From contig CP068257.2 of assembly GCA_009914755.4 (NCBI GenBank), forward strand, positions 36,864,001 to 36,928,000: DNA of 64,000 bases. Direction: 5' to 3'. The position numbers were made by a program, and so were the translations under genes. This document shows positions 41,191-56,699 of the stretch, piece after piece; position 1 is the stretch's first letter, and every line of letters begins with the position of its first letter. This DNA is from the human T2T-CHM13v2.0 reference genome, Homo sapiens. A model generated the notes under the pieces. That model was not told the DNA's origin, made no database searches, and saw nothing but the letters and a program-made list of their open reading frames with translations.

Positions 41191-44100
41191 ACATCTAAAA
41201 CACTATGTGACGCCACCTCCAAAAAATGTGGGGGTTACTCTAGGACAAAAGAAGCTCATGAAAGCAAAGAGAGAAGCATAGAGCTTAAATTTAGAACAAT
41301 ATTCAGGGTGATTGGGAAAAATAGCCTCCATACAAATATAATCGGTTCATCACCAGGTGAATAAAATGAGAGAGGAACCTGGTACAAGTGAAGTTCATTG
41401 AATTTGCTTGCAAAAAAACATAATTCAAGTGTGGAAGTTTGGAAACTAAAATAGTAATCAGCTAAAGAAATTTTCAGGCCAACTTAGACACAATGGTGAC
41501 AAAGCTCCCCTGAGGAGACAGGAACTATACTACTTGCAACTCTAACTGAATGGACTTAACTTAGCAATTAAGATCACCGTAAGTTTGATCAGATAAGTAT
41601 TAAAGGGTGTCTTGGGTACATTTGCAGATTCAGACACTCTTAGTTGTGAAATTCTTCACCAAAAATTTGCAACTTATGGCTTGCACATTAAAAACATGAT
41701 ATGAATGAAATTCAGATATCTCTTGGTAAATTTTATAATTATTCCTCCCATCAGCTAAAGTTCTCAGTATGAAGGGTTATAACTGATGTCATATACAATA
41801 ACTACAAGCTGTATCATACAAAAATTGAGAATTTTCTATTATAGAAAGAGTTGCTTTAATCTAAACCTAAAGTAGCATCAATAATTTTTCGTAAGTGGTC
41901 CCCTTCCTATGAGTAAGCCCCCAGGAAAAATAAATTGCTTTTAAGAAATGCTGTAAGTAAGCTGTTTCATATATAAGTTTTGACAAGATCTGGCTACTTA
42001 AATTACAAGATATAAAATGAGATTTGTACTTTTTCTCAAATGTAAAAAAAAAAGATTTACTTCTGAAATAATGGTCTTTATAAAATATGCATTTTTGTTC
42101 CTTTTTCTTATCATATCTATAAATTTACTAATAAAAGATTCTATCTTGATTTACTAACATTTGAAAAGATTGATTATATTGGTATTGCAAGAAGAGGATA
42201 CCATAAATTAAAAATCCATATATTAACCATATTCTTTTATTTGCAATATGACAAATGATTGTGTAAAGTTATAATCAATAAAAGCTATTTGAAAGTCATA
42301 AAATGGATATTGCCATAACTGCTTTCCTAGCAAGGTTAAAACACTTTAACTATTTTTAATCAACTTACAGTGTAGTAGATCAAGCATATCTAAATATTTT
42401 ATTTTAATCAAGCAAATATATTTCTGCTGTTCCTATGACAGTATGAAAGTTTGGTTCAAAATATTTCCAAGGTATTTAACACAGTTCAGTAGAGGTCCTG
42501 TCTCATAAATCAATTTCAGATTAGATAAAAGGAAAAAGCAAATTCTTGTTTACTTCAGAATTTTTCAAGCCAGTTCCAAAGACAGAGTTGTTACTCTCAT
42601 GTGAATTTTCAGTAGAAAGCTGAACAACGACGTTGCTCTGACAATCTTTTTAAATACCATATGATGGAGACAGAATAACAAAAACAAAGTAGGTATAAGC
42701 TGTACGAAATTATTTCTCTTGGACATAAAATATGTTTGGGGAAGAAATGCATTGTTCCATATGGACTAGGGTAGTTACTTCTCAAAGTGGGAGCAACTCA
42801 GACTCTGAAAAATGGTTTCTCAAAGGAGGCATTGTGTCTGGGTGAGGCCAGTTTTCTAGTCAAAATCATTTTATTAAATGCCATTGGATTGAATGCTTCC
42901 AGGTTTGCTCTCTGAAATATGCCCTATCATTCTTAAAAAACACACTTAGGTAGCAAAAAGGGCACACTAAAAATAACGTGGGTTAATGTTTCTATCCTGC
43001 CTGTGTTTTCTAAGTAGCCCCTGCCTGAGCTTTCGACTTTTTTAAATGAACCATCAAATAGTTGGTTGTCTATCACAAATAAGCCATCTATTTTGTTATT
43101 CCTGTAACTTTTCGTAGAATCCAGAAAGTAACATTCTTGCTGATATATCTTATATAACACCAAGTCCATTTTCCAAATGAGGATTCCAATGAGTATTCAT
43201 CACCAACATCTCCCCGAAAAATATTTAGAAAAAACAGACTCAATCCTTTATCCAAAGTCAGTGAGTAAGAGGCGGGGGCCAGGGTTGGACAAAAATCTCT
43301 TTGGCCAGGAAGCCGGTGGTCACCCTGATCTACTTCTCTAAGCTCCCACCCCTGATGAATGTTCAATATCTGAGTTTCACCCCACTCATTATTGTAATTC
43401 TCCGTAAAACCCCAGTTACCCACACGGAATTCTCATCTACATCTAGCCCAATTTGCTACTGGATTTCAATGTTATTTCATATGAAAACAATCACTAACAG
43501 AAAGAACCTGGATCTGGTTTCGAAAACATAATTTGAAAGGAATTCATTCTGAAGGCTGCAAAAGCCCAGTGATGGCCCATCAGTACCCTGAATGGGCTTC
43601 TCAGGTGCCTCCACTCTCCTCCGTATGTCTCCATCCATCTCAGAATACATGTCTGGCTCTTCCTGCTCATAAACAGAAACAGAGAGTTCCGGGATCCAAA
43701 GGCAAGACTGCGATTTAAGAGACACTTTGTTTTTGTAGGTGTTCAAGGATTTGGAATCAAAGCAGCAGAATTATTAAAATTAATCCAATTTTCTTGCATT
43801 TATTTTGTTAGTTCATACCTCTAAAAGATATATTTTGGAAGGCACCCTTCAACCCACCCATTTACAAATCAAAGCTTTCTTTGGAATCCCTGAGACCAAA
43901 CCCAAGCTAGACAGTGACACACTGCCAGCTCCAGAGCCCTGCCCACCTGGAAGGGGTATGGAATGCACTATTTGACTTGAGCTCACATTTAATTACAGTG
44001 TCAAAAATCAAACTTAAATTGCTTTAATCAGCTTCCAACACTATGAGCCTTTCTGGCTTGAATTTCTATAAACAAAGAATAAATTCAAATCTGTCACAAA

Positions 44101-44504
44101 GTGGCAGCAACTTGTTGACCACTGGACTAGGAATCGTTATGCAACCATGGCTCACTGTGGAAAAAGTCAACATCTTCCTATATGTGACTCTTTTCTGATC
44201 TTTTCGGACTATTAGTCAACAGAATCATCATAAAGCTAAATTATCTATCTGCACTGAAATTACTCAGCCTCAGACATCCAAACCAGTAGCTGTTCACCAA
44301 TGAAACCTGAATAAAGCTGTTGCTGACTTTCCCTGCTTCAATTTAGAGTATTTTTGGAAACATCATTGCATGTTTAAAATATAATAAGCAAAAGGACCTT
44401 TGGTAATTAAACATTCTGTAATTTAAAACTCCAAAAGACAGGAGCAGTGATAAGATATTAGATTTTCTTTACTGGGGTGAAAAAGACAGAAAGTGGTTAA
44501 CTGT

Positions 44505-44529
44505 TTAAAAAAAGAAAGAAAGAAAGAAA
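44505..44529. repeat. (AAAG)n microsatellite
   Basis: 'aaaaaaagaaagaaagaaagaaa'. Confidence 0.9.
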
Positions 44530-47500
44530 TCCAAGGATTTTTAGAGCCAGAAACAGTAACAGTGTCCTTTATTCTGGAAATGTTTAAAAGCCTGTAAGCA
44601 GAGATCACCCAGTTCATCCTGAGCATTGGTGAGCAAATAACTTCTGAAATGCTCTTGAAAGAGAATTCTCCAGCCTTCTCTGTTTGAAATACTTCCTAAA
44701 GCAAACACAAAAGTGGGCAAAACACAAGAGCTCATGTTAATTCCAAACAAAGAGACCAACAGTCGCAAATTGAGAGTCCATCTTAGAAGCGGGTGCTGCT
44801 TCCACATCAAGCAACTATTGGAAAGAGTAGGGGTAGATGCAGAATTAAGATCATTTGTGACTACAGAAAGAGACAAGAAAATTAATTTTTAAAACTAAAA
44901 GAGAAATTTATTTCAGATAATCCAAGGAAATGAGCAGAGTCAACCTAACAGGATTCTCAAGCCCCTCCCTACTGGTGTGGTGTGAAGATCACACGTGGTG
45001 TAGCTGACACCCCTCACATCTTCCCCGCGCCCCTCCTGCCACCTCTTTTTGGCATTCACCCTCTCTCGGGTTCTGTATCCCTGCCCATGTTCTCCATGAA
45101 AGGCCATGTTAATGCCCATGCTCTTTCCTGCCTCTAACAGACGATGCCTTCCACAGTCACTCAAGCTTTAACCCTCTTCTGGATTCGGACCTGTACATCC
45201 AAAAGCCTGCCAGACATCTCTTCCAGATGCTCTCAGAGCACATGACCAGAAGCACGCGCAAAGCTCTCCTGAGCCTCAGTGCTTTCCCTCCAACACTTCT
45301 TCCACTCTCTCAGTTACCGAGCCAAGACACAGAGTTGCTTGTGAGTCATTTCTCTACCTCATCCCCCACCCAACCTTCCTGCGAGATCCTGCTCACGTTA
45401 CCTCCTAAATGCTGTTACGTGACTTCAACCACGTCAGCTTTTTATGGGGGAGGAGAGGCACCTGCATATCTGTGGGAGCACCAACCTCTAGACATCTCCT
45501 GCCAAGTTACTGCAATGTGCAGAAAAGAGGAAGAAAGCAAGCCCAAGTCGCAAAGTCTTTGCCAGTCCTTCTACCAACCACACCTTCGGTGGAGATGTGG
45601 GTCTGTGGAAATGCAGAGACGGACTGAAAGCCAAATGGGCCAATGAGAGCTCTGAACAAAACATTAAGCTTGTTTTTCTTTAAGGCAATACGATTAACAG
45701 TGGTCCATTAAGAATCCGTTTAAAAATAATAATAATAATACCTTTTCTGACTATTGTTGGGGAAGAATAACTCCTTTATGGGGAGTATGAACTCAAAGAC
45801 ATGATATTGTAAAGGAGGCCTTGAAGAAGAGAGGGACTAAGAAATGTGATGGCGTGGTCTGTTACATGTGCAGGTGCTGTGTGTGAGGGAAGCACTGAGG
45901 ACCACTGGAGGATGAGGGATGCTCTGTCCTTCTCGGGTATGGCTGAAGGACAGGGATTGCCCATCAAGGAGTAAATAATCCATGAGTGGACTAAATTCTT
46001 TAGAAACAGGAACTCAAATCCAGTAGGGATTAGGATAAAAATGTAAACTCTAATTTGCACCTCTCCCTCTCTCCCCTAAGTAGTCCGTTTCTATAATTTT
46101 ATACTAAATCAATTAAATGTATCTGCTATAATATTAATCATAATTTTGTCTGAAGTAGTAACAACTGGAAACTACCTAAAAGAGTCAGAGCAGGACTGTA
46201 AGACTATATTGTAGTCTACACTATGTCACAGCGGACTGCATCATGATAGAGAACGATACTCATGATTTAACTGATAAACACATATGGCAATGAATAAAAC
46301 TGTGAGTAAGATGTCTTTAATTTTAGCAAAATTATCTTCATTCTAATTTTCAAGTAAACTTAAAGATTTATATATAAATGCACATAATTTAATTAAAATA
46401 CATGCATATATTAACTAGAAGGCTAATCCCCCAAAATGTCCATAGATGTTATTTCTGAGTGAGGAGGGTCAGGAAGGTTTTAATTTTCTTTGTACTAACT
46501 CTATTTACTAAAATGTCCACCTGGATTAACGTTATAATAAAAATGTTACTGTTTAAAATAAAATGAATAAAATACACCGGTATGAAGGTATTATTAGAAC
46601 ATACGAAAGTACAAAATCAAGCAGCAAAAGGAGGAAATTATATTAAGAACTGAAAAAACTATGTTGAGAATTCTGTCTAAGAAACGCTGTAGCAATTAAG
46701 AAAAATCCCAGTTCTGCAAGTAATGGGAGAAAGATGATGACTTCCAGAACTTTCACCATCTACTAAGATGTTCACCAATTCCTAAGAAGGGACTGAATAC
46801 GTCTGCATCCTCAGATCTGAGAGTAATTTTCCACGACGCATACTGAGCACCATAATGAGTGAAGTCTCTGAGATGACCTCTCTGACCTCTCTAAAACAAT
46901 CAGGCACTGCAAACATGGCCTATCCCACACTAGCCCTTGGTGAAATTCAAGGGCATAATATTAGACTGAAACAGTGAGAAGAAGATTCGACATGGAGTGC
47001 GGCAAGAATGTGTTCTAGTCCTTGAAGGCCAGCGCTATTCCAAGTGTGGTCTCAGACCAGCAGCCTCAGCTGCAGCTGGGGGCTTGGAAATGGAAACGTA
47101 TGTGCTACGTCCTGGACCTGTGGAATCAGAATCTCTGAGGTGGACCAGGAATCTGTGTTTTTAAAACCCTGTGGTTGGTAACTTCCTGCTGGCTGAGGAC
47201 AGAGAGAATGCTTAGTGAACGCTGAGGAATGACGGGTTAAATAATCCCTGAATGATTCCTGAGCGGATCAATTTCTCAGCCAGAGTTTTGACCGCAGCTG
47301 ATGATGAACAGGGCTGTGACCACCAGGAAGGGTCTGAAGAGGAGGCATTGATTGCAGTTTTCTGCCTCTGATCCTCATGCATGGAGCCCCACCCCCCAAC
47401 TCTCTTACACGGAGGCCAAAGAAAAAGCTGGAATTCTCCAGGAGAGCAGGACCTGTTAAACAGCAAAGGGCAACCCAAAATTGTATGAGTGGCCTTGCCC

Positions 47501-48049
47501 TGAGAAGCTTTGAAGCCAGAGGTTACTGAACAACTACCCTGGTTAAAACCCTAACGTGACAATGATAACATGTGACTGTATGTGGCTGTCTTCAAAACAG
47601 CAATGATTTAGGCACAACGTGGATCTCAGATTGTTCCGTGAGTTTGGTCTGATAAGATTGTATGCGTTTCCCAGGGGTGCCATAACAAAGTGCCACACCC
47701 TGGGCGGCTTCCGCCACCGAAATGTATTTTCTCACAGCTCTGAGGTCGAAAGTCCAAGATCAAGGTGTCAGCAGGGCTGGTTCCTTTTGAGGCTGTGAGG
47801 GAGGATCTGTTCTAGGCTCTCTCTCCCCCAGCTTCTGGGGGCTGCTGCAGTCTTTGGTGTTCCTTGGTCTATAGAAGCATCATCCCAATCTCTGCTTTTG
47901 CGTTCACATGGCCTTCTCCTCATATACCTGTCTGTCTCCAAATTTCCTCTTCTCATAAGGACACCAAGCACTGGATTAGGGGTCCACCCTACTACATCTG
48001 CAATAACCCTATTTCCAAATAAGGTCACATTTTGAGGGACCAGCTAAAT

Positions 48050-48120
48050 ACAAAACATTAGCCAGGCATGGTGGTGGGCACCTGTAGTTCCAGCTACTCA
48101 GGAGAATCACTTGAACCTGG
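48050..48120 (+). mobile_element. Alu right-arm fragment (~65 bp)
   Basis: 'aaatacaaaacattagccaggcatggtggtgggcacctgtagttccagctactcaggagaatcacttgaacctgg'. Confidence 0.85.
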
Positions 48121-48184
48121 ATTAGAACTTCACAATTACTGACACGATTCAACCCATATTAGGTTGTTTAGTATTATACATTAG

Positions 48185-48519
<335 letters not shown>

Positions 48520-49388
48520 CATAGCAAACTTTTGTAAACATAACTATTTATTAAAATTTGGTATAATTAATATTTAAATATCCTTTCTGGCAAGATTTAG
48601 CCAGTTTTTTAAGCTTCATTGAGAGAACCACAATATTAGCATTAATAATAGAATGGTCTATTAATTTTTTAAAAAGATACTATGTCTGCATTTCCAATAT
48701 AAAATTCACAGCAATGATTCAGGTAGAAATTAAATGAGGATGTCATTGTCAACCTTTTAAATTATATTACAGGAGCAGGGAGCACACGGGCCCTGAGGTA
48801 GAAATGAATAAGGAATATTCTAGAACCACCAAGAAGCCAGTGTGGCCACAGCAGAGTGAGCCAGTGGTGCTGGAGGCAGGTGAGATCTTGAAGGGCCTTG
48901 GCAACATGAACAGGAGCTTGGATTTTATCCACATTGCCGAGGGAAGTATGAGGTGGTGTTTAGCAGGGCATAAATCTCATCTGATCTGTACTTTGAGGAA
49001 AACACTCTGACTTCTGTGTGGAGAACAGTCTATAGGAAGCCAAGAGGAGAGGCAGGGAGATGAGGGAGGGGTGACTTCAGTCTCCAGGAGAATGAGCTAG
49101 TGATGTGAATTAAGGTGCTGGTGGTGGAGGAAGTGAGGTGGAGAACTGGACACTGGGATCTATTTTGAAGAGGGAGCCTACAGAACTTGTTGGTGGATGG
49201 CTATGAGGGAAAGAGGATTAAAGAATGATGCTAGGCATTTGGGCTTAAACAAACCCCTGAGTAAATGGTTATCCTATTATTAATACTAAGATGGGTAATG
49301 CTAGGGAAGGAGTAGCCTTGGGGAGCAGTGATGAGTTATTTTCTTAGAGAGAAGCCACGTTACCTATAGGAGGCTCAACAGAGTATCA

Positions 49389-49760
<372 letters not shown>

Positions 49761-49821
49761 CATGGGAAAGAACAATTGAGGAAACTGGGGACTTGTCCTG
49801 GAACAGAAGACACGAGGACTT

Positions 49822-50130
49822 TTGGTTTTTTAGTTTTGTTTTTGTTTTTGAGACAGAGTCTTGCTCTGTTGCCTGAGCTGGAGTGCAATGGTGCGAACTC
49901 AGCTCACTGCAACCTCCGCCTCCTGTATTCAAGTGATTCTCCCACCTTTGCCTCCTGAGTAGCTGAGACTATAGGCGCACACCACCATGCCCAGCTAATT
50001 TTTGCATTTTTAGTAGAGAGAGGGTTTCATCGTGTTGGCCAGGCTGTCCTCAAACTCCTGACCTCAAGTGATCCACCCGCCTCGGCCTCCCAAAGTGCCG
50101 GGATTGCAGAAGTGAGCCACTGCGTCCAGC
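49822..50130 (-). mobile_element. Alu SINE, full length; its tail has become a (TTTTG)n tract
   Basis: 'tttggttttttagttttgtttttgtttttgagacagagtcttgctctgttgcctgagctggagtgcaatggtgcgaactcagctcactgcaacctccgcctcctgtattcaagtgattctcccacctttgcctcctgagtagctgagactataggcgcacaccaccatgcccagctaatttttgcatttttagtagagagagggtttcatcgtgttggccaggctgtcctcaaactcctgacctcaagtgatccacccgcctcggcctcccaaagtgccgggattgcagaagtgagccactgcgtccagc'. Confidence 0.95.
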
Positions 50131-53100
50131 AAGAATGAGGTTTGAAGGGAGGCATGATTGTGTTCTCTTCAAATAGTTGAAAGGTTCCATTTGAAAAAGG
50201 GATTTACTTATTCCTATGGTTCTAGTAAGTTGCAGAGGGTGGATCTAAGACCATTGGGTGAACTTTACAGAGAGGCCAGAAAGCCTTCTCCAGGGGAAGA
50301 AAGTCAAGAAAAGGTCTCAAAACTGTCTGGCAGAATTCTGCACAGGAGAGTCCTCAATTCGGTGTAGAATTGGCAAGTATAATAACTGTAAATCCCTCTC
50401 AATCTACCATCTACATCATTAGGCGACATCTTCATTTCCTGAAAATTCCAACACATGAAGGCTCACTTACTATCAAGATGAGCAAGTTTGTGCTACATAG
50501 TGAATTTGATTTCAATAGGACTCATTTTATACCTTTTAAGAGTCTTTAAAACGTTGAAAATGTAAAGATCTGCAAGAGCAACTGATCTTCAAAGTCCCGT
50601 CGAGTCACAGGATTTTGTAATGATGTCTAAAGAGGAAAATTCCCATTTCAGAAAAGGCTCAATAGTATTTAATAGTTAGCTCAAAAGGACGAATAAAGTT
50701 CTACATGGGAAGCTGCTGAACTAGAGTCAGGCCAAACCTTCATACTCGGAGAAGATGACTGGGCCTGTAGACACAGATATTGATGATAAATCATCACAAA
50801 CCACAGCTTTCCTTAATTGGGGTGGTGGGCAGGGAGAGCAGGCTTCAGGTTGGCCTTCCTCCAGCAAGGGCACACACACAAAGGGGACCTGAACACGTGG
50901 AGCTTATGGTCAGGAAGCCTGAAGTGCCTGACCCAGCACATCTGGTGACTAGTAGTGTAGATTCCCCACAGAAGGAATGACAAGGCGTCATTATTCAAAG
51001 TGACCTTCCCTCCATTGGAATAATCAGAAACAGCTCACAAATAAAGTAATCTGTAAGATGCTTCATCTTCTCTAGGTAACCTCTCCCCAACATGATGACA
51101 TCACTTCACATGAGGCGACATGGTTTTGTGAGGACTTTTCTTTCCTTCCAAGTTTGGAATCTGGCTGAAGGCTAAAATCACCATTTACAGTGTTTGAGCC
51201 CTCCTTGACACTTTGAAGAAGGGTCTGTGTAAATAGCCATTCCTACTTCTCAGACTCGCCAGAGGCAAAACCTGTTTTGCTTTGGTAGTACACGCTCTTC
51301 CTTAACTGGTAAAAGACTTTAAAAAAAAATAAGATGCCATTTTTAATTGTTTCATAAATCTGGCTTAGATATATTAAGGAAATTGCTATTTTATATGTAG
51401 AACAGCGGCAAGCAAATCTCAAGAGATTAAAAATCATGTTCTTGTGGTTTTCTTTTAGAAGCTGCAAATTTGAATTCAATTTAAAAAATCATGGCACAGG
51501 GACAAAATAAGAATGAACAAAGATGGGAAAAATGTCCGCAGCATTCTGCAGAGTCAAGCGCTGCTGTGAGTGAGTGTGCATGTTTCCAATTACACATCAG
51601 GGCTTGGCGAGCTCCAGGAGTCAAATTCAGACAGAACCCAAGTGCAGTGCGTTACACAGAACCCAGGCCAGGAAAAGCTTCACAGAGTCTTTCTTTCAAC
51701 TGAGGCAATTGTGTAGACAATTTGGTTCATTTCAAGAAAAAAATAAAACTGACAGAAGAAAGAAAAATATTATTATATTTTGCCTCTCAAAACAAAGTCA
51801 AATTGTGTTGGTGTATAAATCAAGATTCAGTATTTCCTTGGCTGCTTCCAGAATAATAGTAGATCACAAAGAGAATAAGAACAAGAAAGTTCAGTTCTCA
51901 GCCAGACGATCCAAGGTAACAAAGGGTGAGACCCTCATTCCGTTACTCACAGGAGCAAACAGACAACCAATAATAATTGGGCACATGGGGGTTTCAACAA
52001 GATAAACTGTTATGTGAGTCCAGGGTGCTAATTTCTGGATTCTTTTGAGTTGCAAGGAAAATATATACCGATTCCCCACCCCCACCCACCCACATAACAA
52101 GACACAATAGTTAACAGCTGGAAGACTGTGGTTAGGGGGAAATGTGATTGTAGGCTTCCATTTCAAATGATGGAAAATCATTTCTGAAGTCACTACGAAA
52201 GTTACTTCACAAAACTAAAAGAAGCCTTGACACCTTGTGTTATCCCATCATCTAAAGCAATTCTAGTTTGGAAACACTTGATTCTTGGCAGGGGATTCTA
52301 AAGAAGGTGCCGTATGTGAAAGGCTGGTGTGTCAGAAGGAGCTTTAAGGAACTGGAATGAGAACAGCCAAAAGCTAAGATTTCTGATTATAATCACAGGT
52401 CTGGATGTGTTCAAGGTAAAAAGAGATCATCCCCATCATTTGCAATATTTTCAAGAGAATGGGGCTTTAGTGACACTGATCAAAGTCTGACATGGATTTT
52501 CAGCTGCCTTCCAACTCCACATACCTGCAATTCAATGATCTCTATGGATAGTAGAAGTAACTGCCACCCTGATGTTCTCATCGGTGATTTATACGTGAAG
52601 TGGACTCAAAAGAAATACAACGAAATCCCTTAATAAAAATTATGTCCATTGACCCAACAAGCTTCCCAGTGCTGTATCAGTTCTCAACCGATTTTAGAGA
52701 CATTTGGTCAAAAATGATCTACTTGTAATAAGCCATCTGAGGGCACTAGCTCTTTTTCACCTCTGTGTTCCTTGAAGCAGGAAGTCAGTAAAATCACTAT
52801 TGAATTAAAATGAAGTAAAGCACTTTGAGATTTCAGATTTCTAAATTAAGGAACACACAACATACGGTACTTTATTTGCACAAGAATTATTAGAACCCAG
52901 GGCTAACACCCAAATGAGGTCACAGGTAAATGAAAATCTGTCTCAGTTATTTGAACTCAGGTCAACACACAGACAGAGCAAAGCACCAGCTGACCTCTGA
53001 TGCACAACCCAGTGTTCTTACCATAGAATTCCAGAAGGCATCTCAGTCATTCTCTTATGTAAATACAAAGACGACAACTGGTTTAAAAATTCATTTATTT

Positions 53101-54287
53101 TTATTTTAGCTTCTTTGTGTCAAACTCAAAGAAGCCTCACATAAATGATCAAAGACTTTTTGGTGGATCTTCCAAACGTACATGCCGGGAAGGCCTGCTT
53201 GCACTTTTTCCTTCAATCCTCTAAAATGAAGGTTTTGAAGATGCTTGCCAATGGAACGTTGTGCCTTACAGCTATAATATTTTTTAAAAGGCATTCAGTT
53301 TAAATTAATATATTTGGCCAGACAACTGTATTAAAATTCTTGTTGTTTTTTCTGTTATAATGGTAGCCTGTGGTATGACTAGTCTTCTTCAAAAATATGT
53401 ACAGTTATTGCTTCTCTCTTGCCTGGGGTATATCATGTGTTTTTCATTTGAGTGTACATTGCAATACCTCATTAAAACCAACACTTAGGCTACACAAAAG
53501 TCTTCATATCATGCCGCAAAGGGCGTAAACTAACGTGGAAAGTTTCAGAGCCTCATAACTCATTGCATATACCTCTTATACTAGCTGCTCAACTGATATT
53601 TAGCTCTCCTGGATGATGTCACAGTTTTTATCCTCTTAAAATAGCCTGCCTTCAGAAAATATATAGTTTCCTTCATGCACTAATCATGGGGAGTTACGAT
53701 GTAAATAGAGCCATTTTTTTTCTTATACAAGGAACAAGTGCTCTCACCCTCCTCCCTTCTCTCCCTCCCCATACACAGAAGCACACTTCACTTCACTTAT
53801 ACTAAACACTTCACTTATACTTACACTGCAACAAAGAGTTGCAAATACATGCAAATAAAGCCTTTATAACTCCCCTCTCTCCTGCTGGACAGCTCCTTGA
53901 CTCAAGTATTTCCGAAGACAGACACTCTGATAAGGGTCTGCTCTGAGCTTCATTCTCAGCATACAGTCCTGGGATTATTTACCTACCAATATTCACCTCT
54001 GCATGAACCAGTAAGTCATTACTGACAAGAAAAAAACAATTTGTGATTTTTTTTAATGTCACAATTTTTCTTTTTAAGGTTTGGGAGAGAAAGTTGTTTT
54101 GAATGTTTCATCAGTTTCTATTGCCAAATGAACACCTGTTTCAGAGTCCCTGAAAGTCACACATCAGAAGCTTCTGACTTCAACATATAGTCTGCTTTGA
54201 AGAATTATTTTAAAAAAGCATTGACTGCTTGAAGATAAGCAAGTGACACTCAATAGCTTCATTCTTTAGTCTTAGAAAATAATTTTT

Positions 54288-55235
54288 ACACTTCACACCT
54301 ATTAGGATGGCTACTATGAAATATAAAAAAAATTAAAAATAACAATGGTGGCAAAAATATGAAGAAATTAGAACCCTTGTGCACTGCTGGTGGGAATATC
54401 AAATGATACAGCCTCTATGGAAAACAGTATGGTGGCTCCTCAAAAAATTAAAAATAGAATTACCATATGATCCAGCAATTCTACTTCTGGGTATATATTC
54501 AAAAAAATTTAAAGCAGGATCTCAAAGAGTTCTTTGTACAGCCATGTTCATGGCAGCATTACTCACAATAGCCAAAAGGTCAAAGCAACCCAATCGTCCA
54601 TCCACAGATGAATGAATAAACAAAATGTGGCATACAATAAAATGTCATTCAGTCTTTAAAAAGAAGAAAATTTGGACACATTGTACAATATAGATGAATC
54701 TTTTTTTAAATTAAAGTGGTTTTTTTAATCGTTTTATTTTAAAGTTCCGAGGGACATGTGCAGGATGTGCAGGTGTGTTACATAGGTAAACGTGTGCCAT
54801 GGTGGTTTGCTGCACCTATCAACCCATCACCTAGGTATTAAGCCCAGTATGTATTAGCTATTTTCCCTAAGGCTCTCCCACCCCCACCATCCCCCAACAT
54901 ACACCATAGATGAATCTTAAGGACATTATGCTGCGTGAAATAAACCAGTCACAAAAAGACAAACAGTGTATGATTCTACTTATGTGAGGTACCTAGAGTA
55001 GTCCAAGTTCAGAAAGTAGTAATAATGGTTGCCAAAAGGTGGGAGCATGCAGAACACGGGGAGTGTTGATTGACATCAAGTTTCTGTTTTGCAAGGTAAA
55101 GAAGTTCCAGAGATTTGCTGCACCAACAATGTGAATATACTTAACACTACTGAACTGTAAAGTGGTTGTGACTACAGATTTTATGTTTTATGTGTTTGCC
55201 ACAACCAAAAATAAAGATTAAATTAAAAAATAAAA
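54288..55235 (+). mobile_element. LINE-1 (old L1M/L1PB-type) 3' portion, ORF2 C-terminus plus 3'UTR, interrupted at 54701-54904
   Basis: The 54379-54615 ORF 'MHCWWEYQMIQPLWKTVWWLLKKLKIELPYDPAILLLGIYSKKFKAGSQRVLCTAMFMAALLTIAKRSKQPNRPSTDE' is the L1 ORF2 C-terminus. After the insert the sequence continues with the L1 3'UTR: 'ggacattatgctgcgtgaaataaaccagtcacaaaaagacaaacagtgtatgattctacttatgtgaggtacctagagtagtccaagttcagaaagtagtaataatggttgccaaaaggtgggag...tgaactgtaaagtggttgtgactacagattttatgttttatgtgtttgccacaaccaaaaataaag'. Confidence 0.85.
54701..54904 (-). mobile_element. 5'-truncated L1 3'-end fragment (L1P/L1PA-like, ~200 bp) nested inside the older L1, with an 11-bp TSD
   Basis: 'tttttttaaattaaagtggtttttttaatcgttttattttaaagttccgagggacatgtgcaggatgtgcaggtgtgttacataggtaaacgtgtgccatggtggtttgctgcacctatcaacccatcacctaggtattaagcccagtatgtattagct' is the reverse complement of the primate L1 3' terminus ('cctaatgctagatgacgagttagtgggtgcagcgcaccagcatggcacatgtatacatatgtaactaacctgcacaatgtgcacatgtaccctaaaacttagagtataataaaaaa'). 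The TSD 'atagatgaatc' lies at 54690-54700 and 54905-54915. Confidence 0.85.
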
Positions 55236-56699
55236 GATTTTATAGCACCTATCACTTACCAAACCCACTGTACATCTTACACTCGTGAATATTTTATGAT
55301 TTTCAAAACACCTTTATTTTTTTCCCTTATTTGTTCATTCCTTCATGTATAACCCACAATGTGTTAGGTTATGTGCTGGGCAGCCTGGAAGACCCAAAGA
55401 CGAATTAGGGAAGTACCCTATATTTAAAGCCTTGCAAGGACATAAATATCAGTAATATAAAGTAAAATATGTTCACTGCTGAAAACTGCTATACTTCCTA
55501 GATTTTTCAATTCAATTGCAATTTCTAATATTTTGCCATGTTGATCCCACAAATTCACTTGTGTTTAAAAGTTAACGTGCTTGATTATCATACAGCTGCT
55601 TCTTTCATAAGAGGAATACAGATAAAACGCTATGGGATTTCAGGGGGAGAAAGAACTTCTTATTAAATTCATATTTTCAACCAATAAGAAAACACAATTT
55701 TTTTTAATCAACACTATCTTCTTGGTGCTTTTTTCACATCTCATCCTCTTTCCTCCTTTACCCTGCCTAAGCAACCATTTCTGGACCCAATCTTGGGTTA
55801 TTACATCTGACGGCAAGTGTTATGTGGGCCATGGACCATGAGCAATTAGCCCCCTCTCTACTCCTAGGGATGGAGTACATGTGATGATTTCCATCAGACT
55901 CAGATTAAATATCTTGCTGGTAAGTTACCCCTAAAAATCGATTAATGGACTCTCCAGGTAGACACTGAGGTAATCTCCAACCAAACCTGACTTATACTTA
56001 GGGGCTTTGGAAGCCCACCAGAGTCATCAAGCCATATCTCCACCTAGGCTCTATACTGGAAAGCTGGTCAGTAACACAAAGAACAAGCCATTTGGGAAAA
56101 CAGCCCACATGAAAAGAACTGTGGTTTCAAGAAGAGTCATTCCATCCCAGGTTTAAAATACTCTTCTCCTCTTTATCTACCTTGAGGACTCCTATCTATC
56201 CTTCCATACCAGATCCAGCCTCATCTTCTAAGTGAAGCCCTCCTCTGGGACGTCAGCCTCTCCTCTGCATCCCCTAGCATTTTATGCATCCTCTGTTAAA
56301 GCAACTGTTTGCACAGCTGTATCCACCACTAAACTTAGAGGCAACAGACCATGGCTTTGAATGTGCAGAACCCAACACAGAGCCTGAGACCTAGTGGGTA
56401 TTCAGTGCATGTTGAAGGGAAGAATGAATGCATGAGCAAACAAGACAATGTGGAAGTCTGTCATCAGTATTTACATTTCAAAATGCAAAGTGAAAATTGT
56501 GCAAATCTCTAATCAAGCTGTACTTTAAAATGCTAAATTGATTTGGCTAAAAATATTTCAACACTGAAATTTCTTTTTGCAAGTTAAGTCTTCGCATAAC
56601 CAAAACAGAGAAGAACATATCAATGAACTAAATAGATAAATTTATGGCTGACAAAATCTCAAGATTTAGTGTGTGAGAGGAAAGTAAAATTCAATGTGT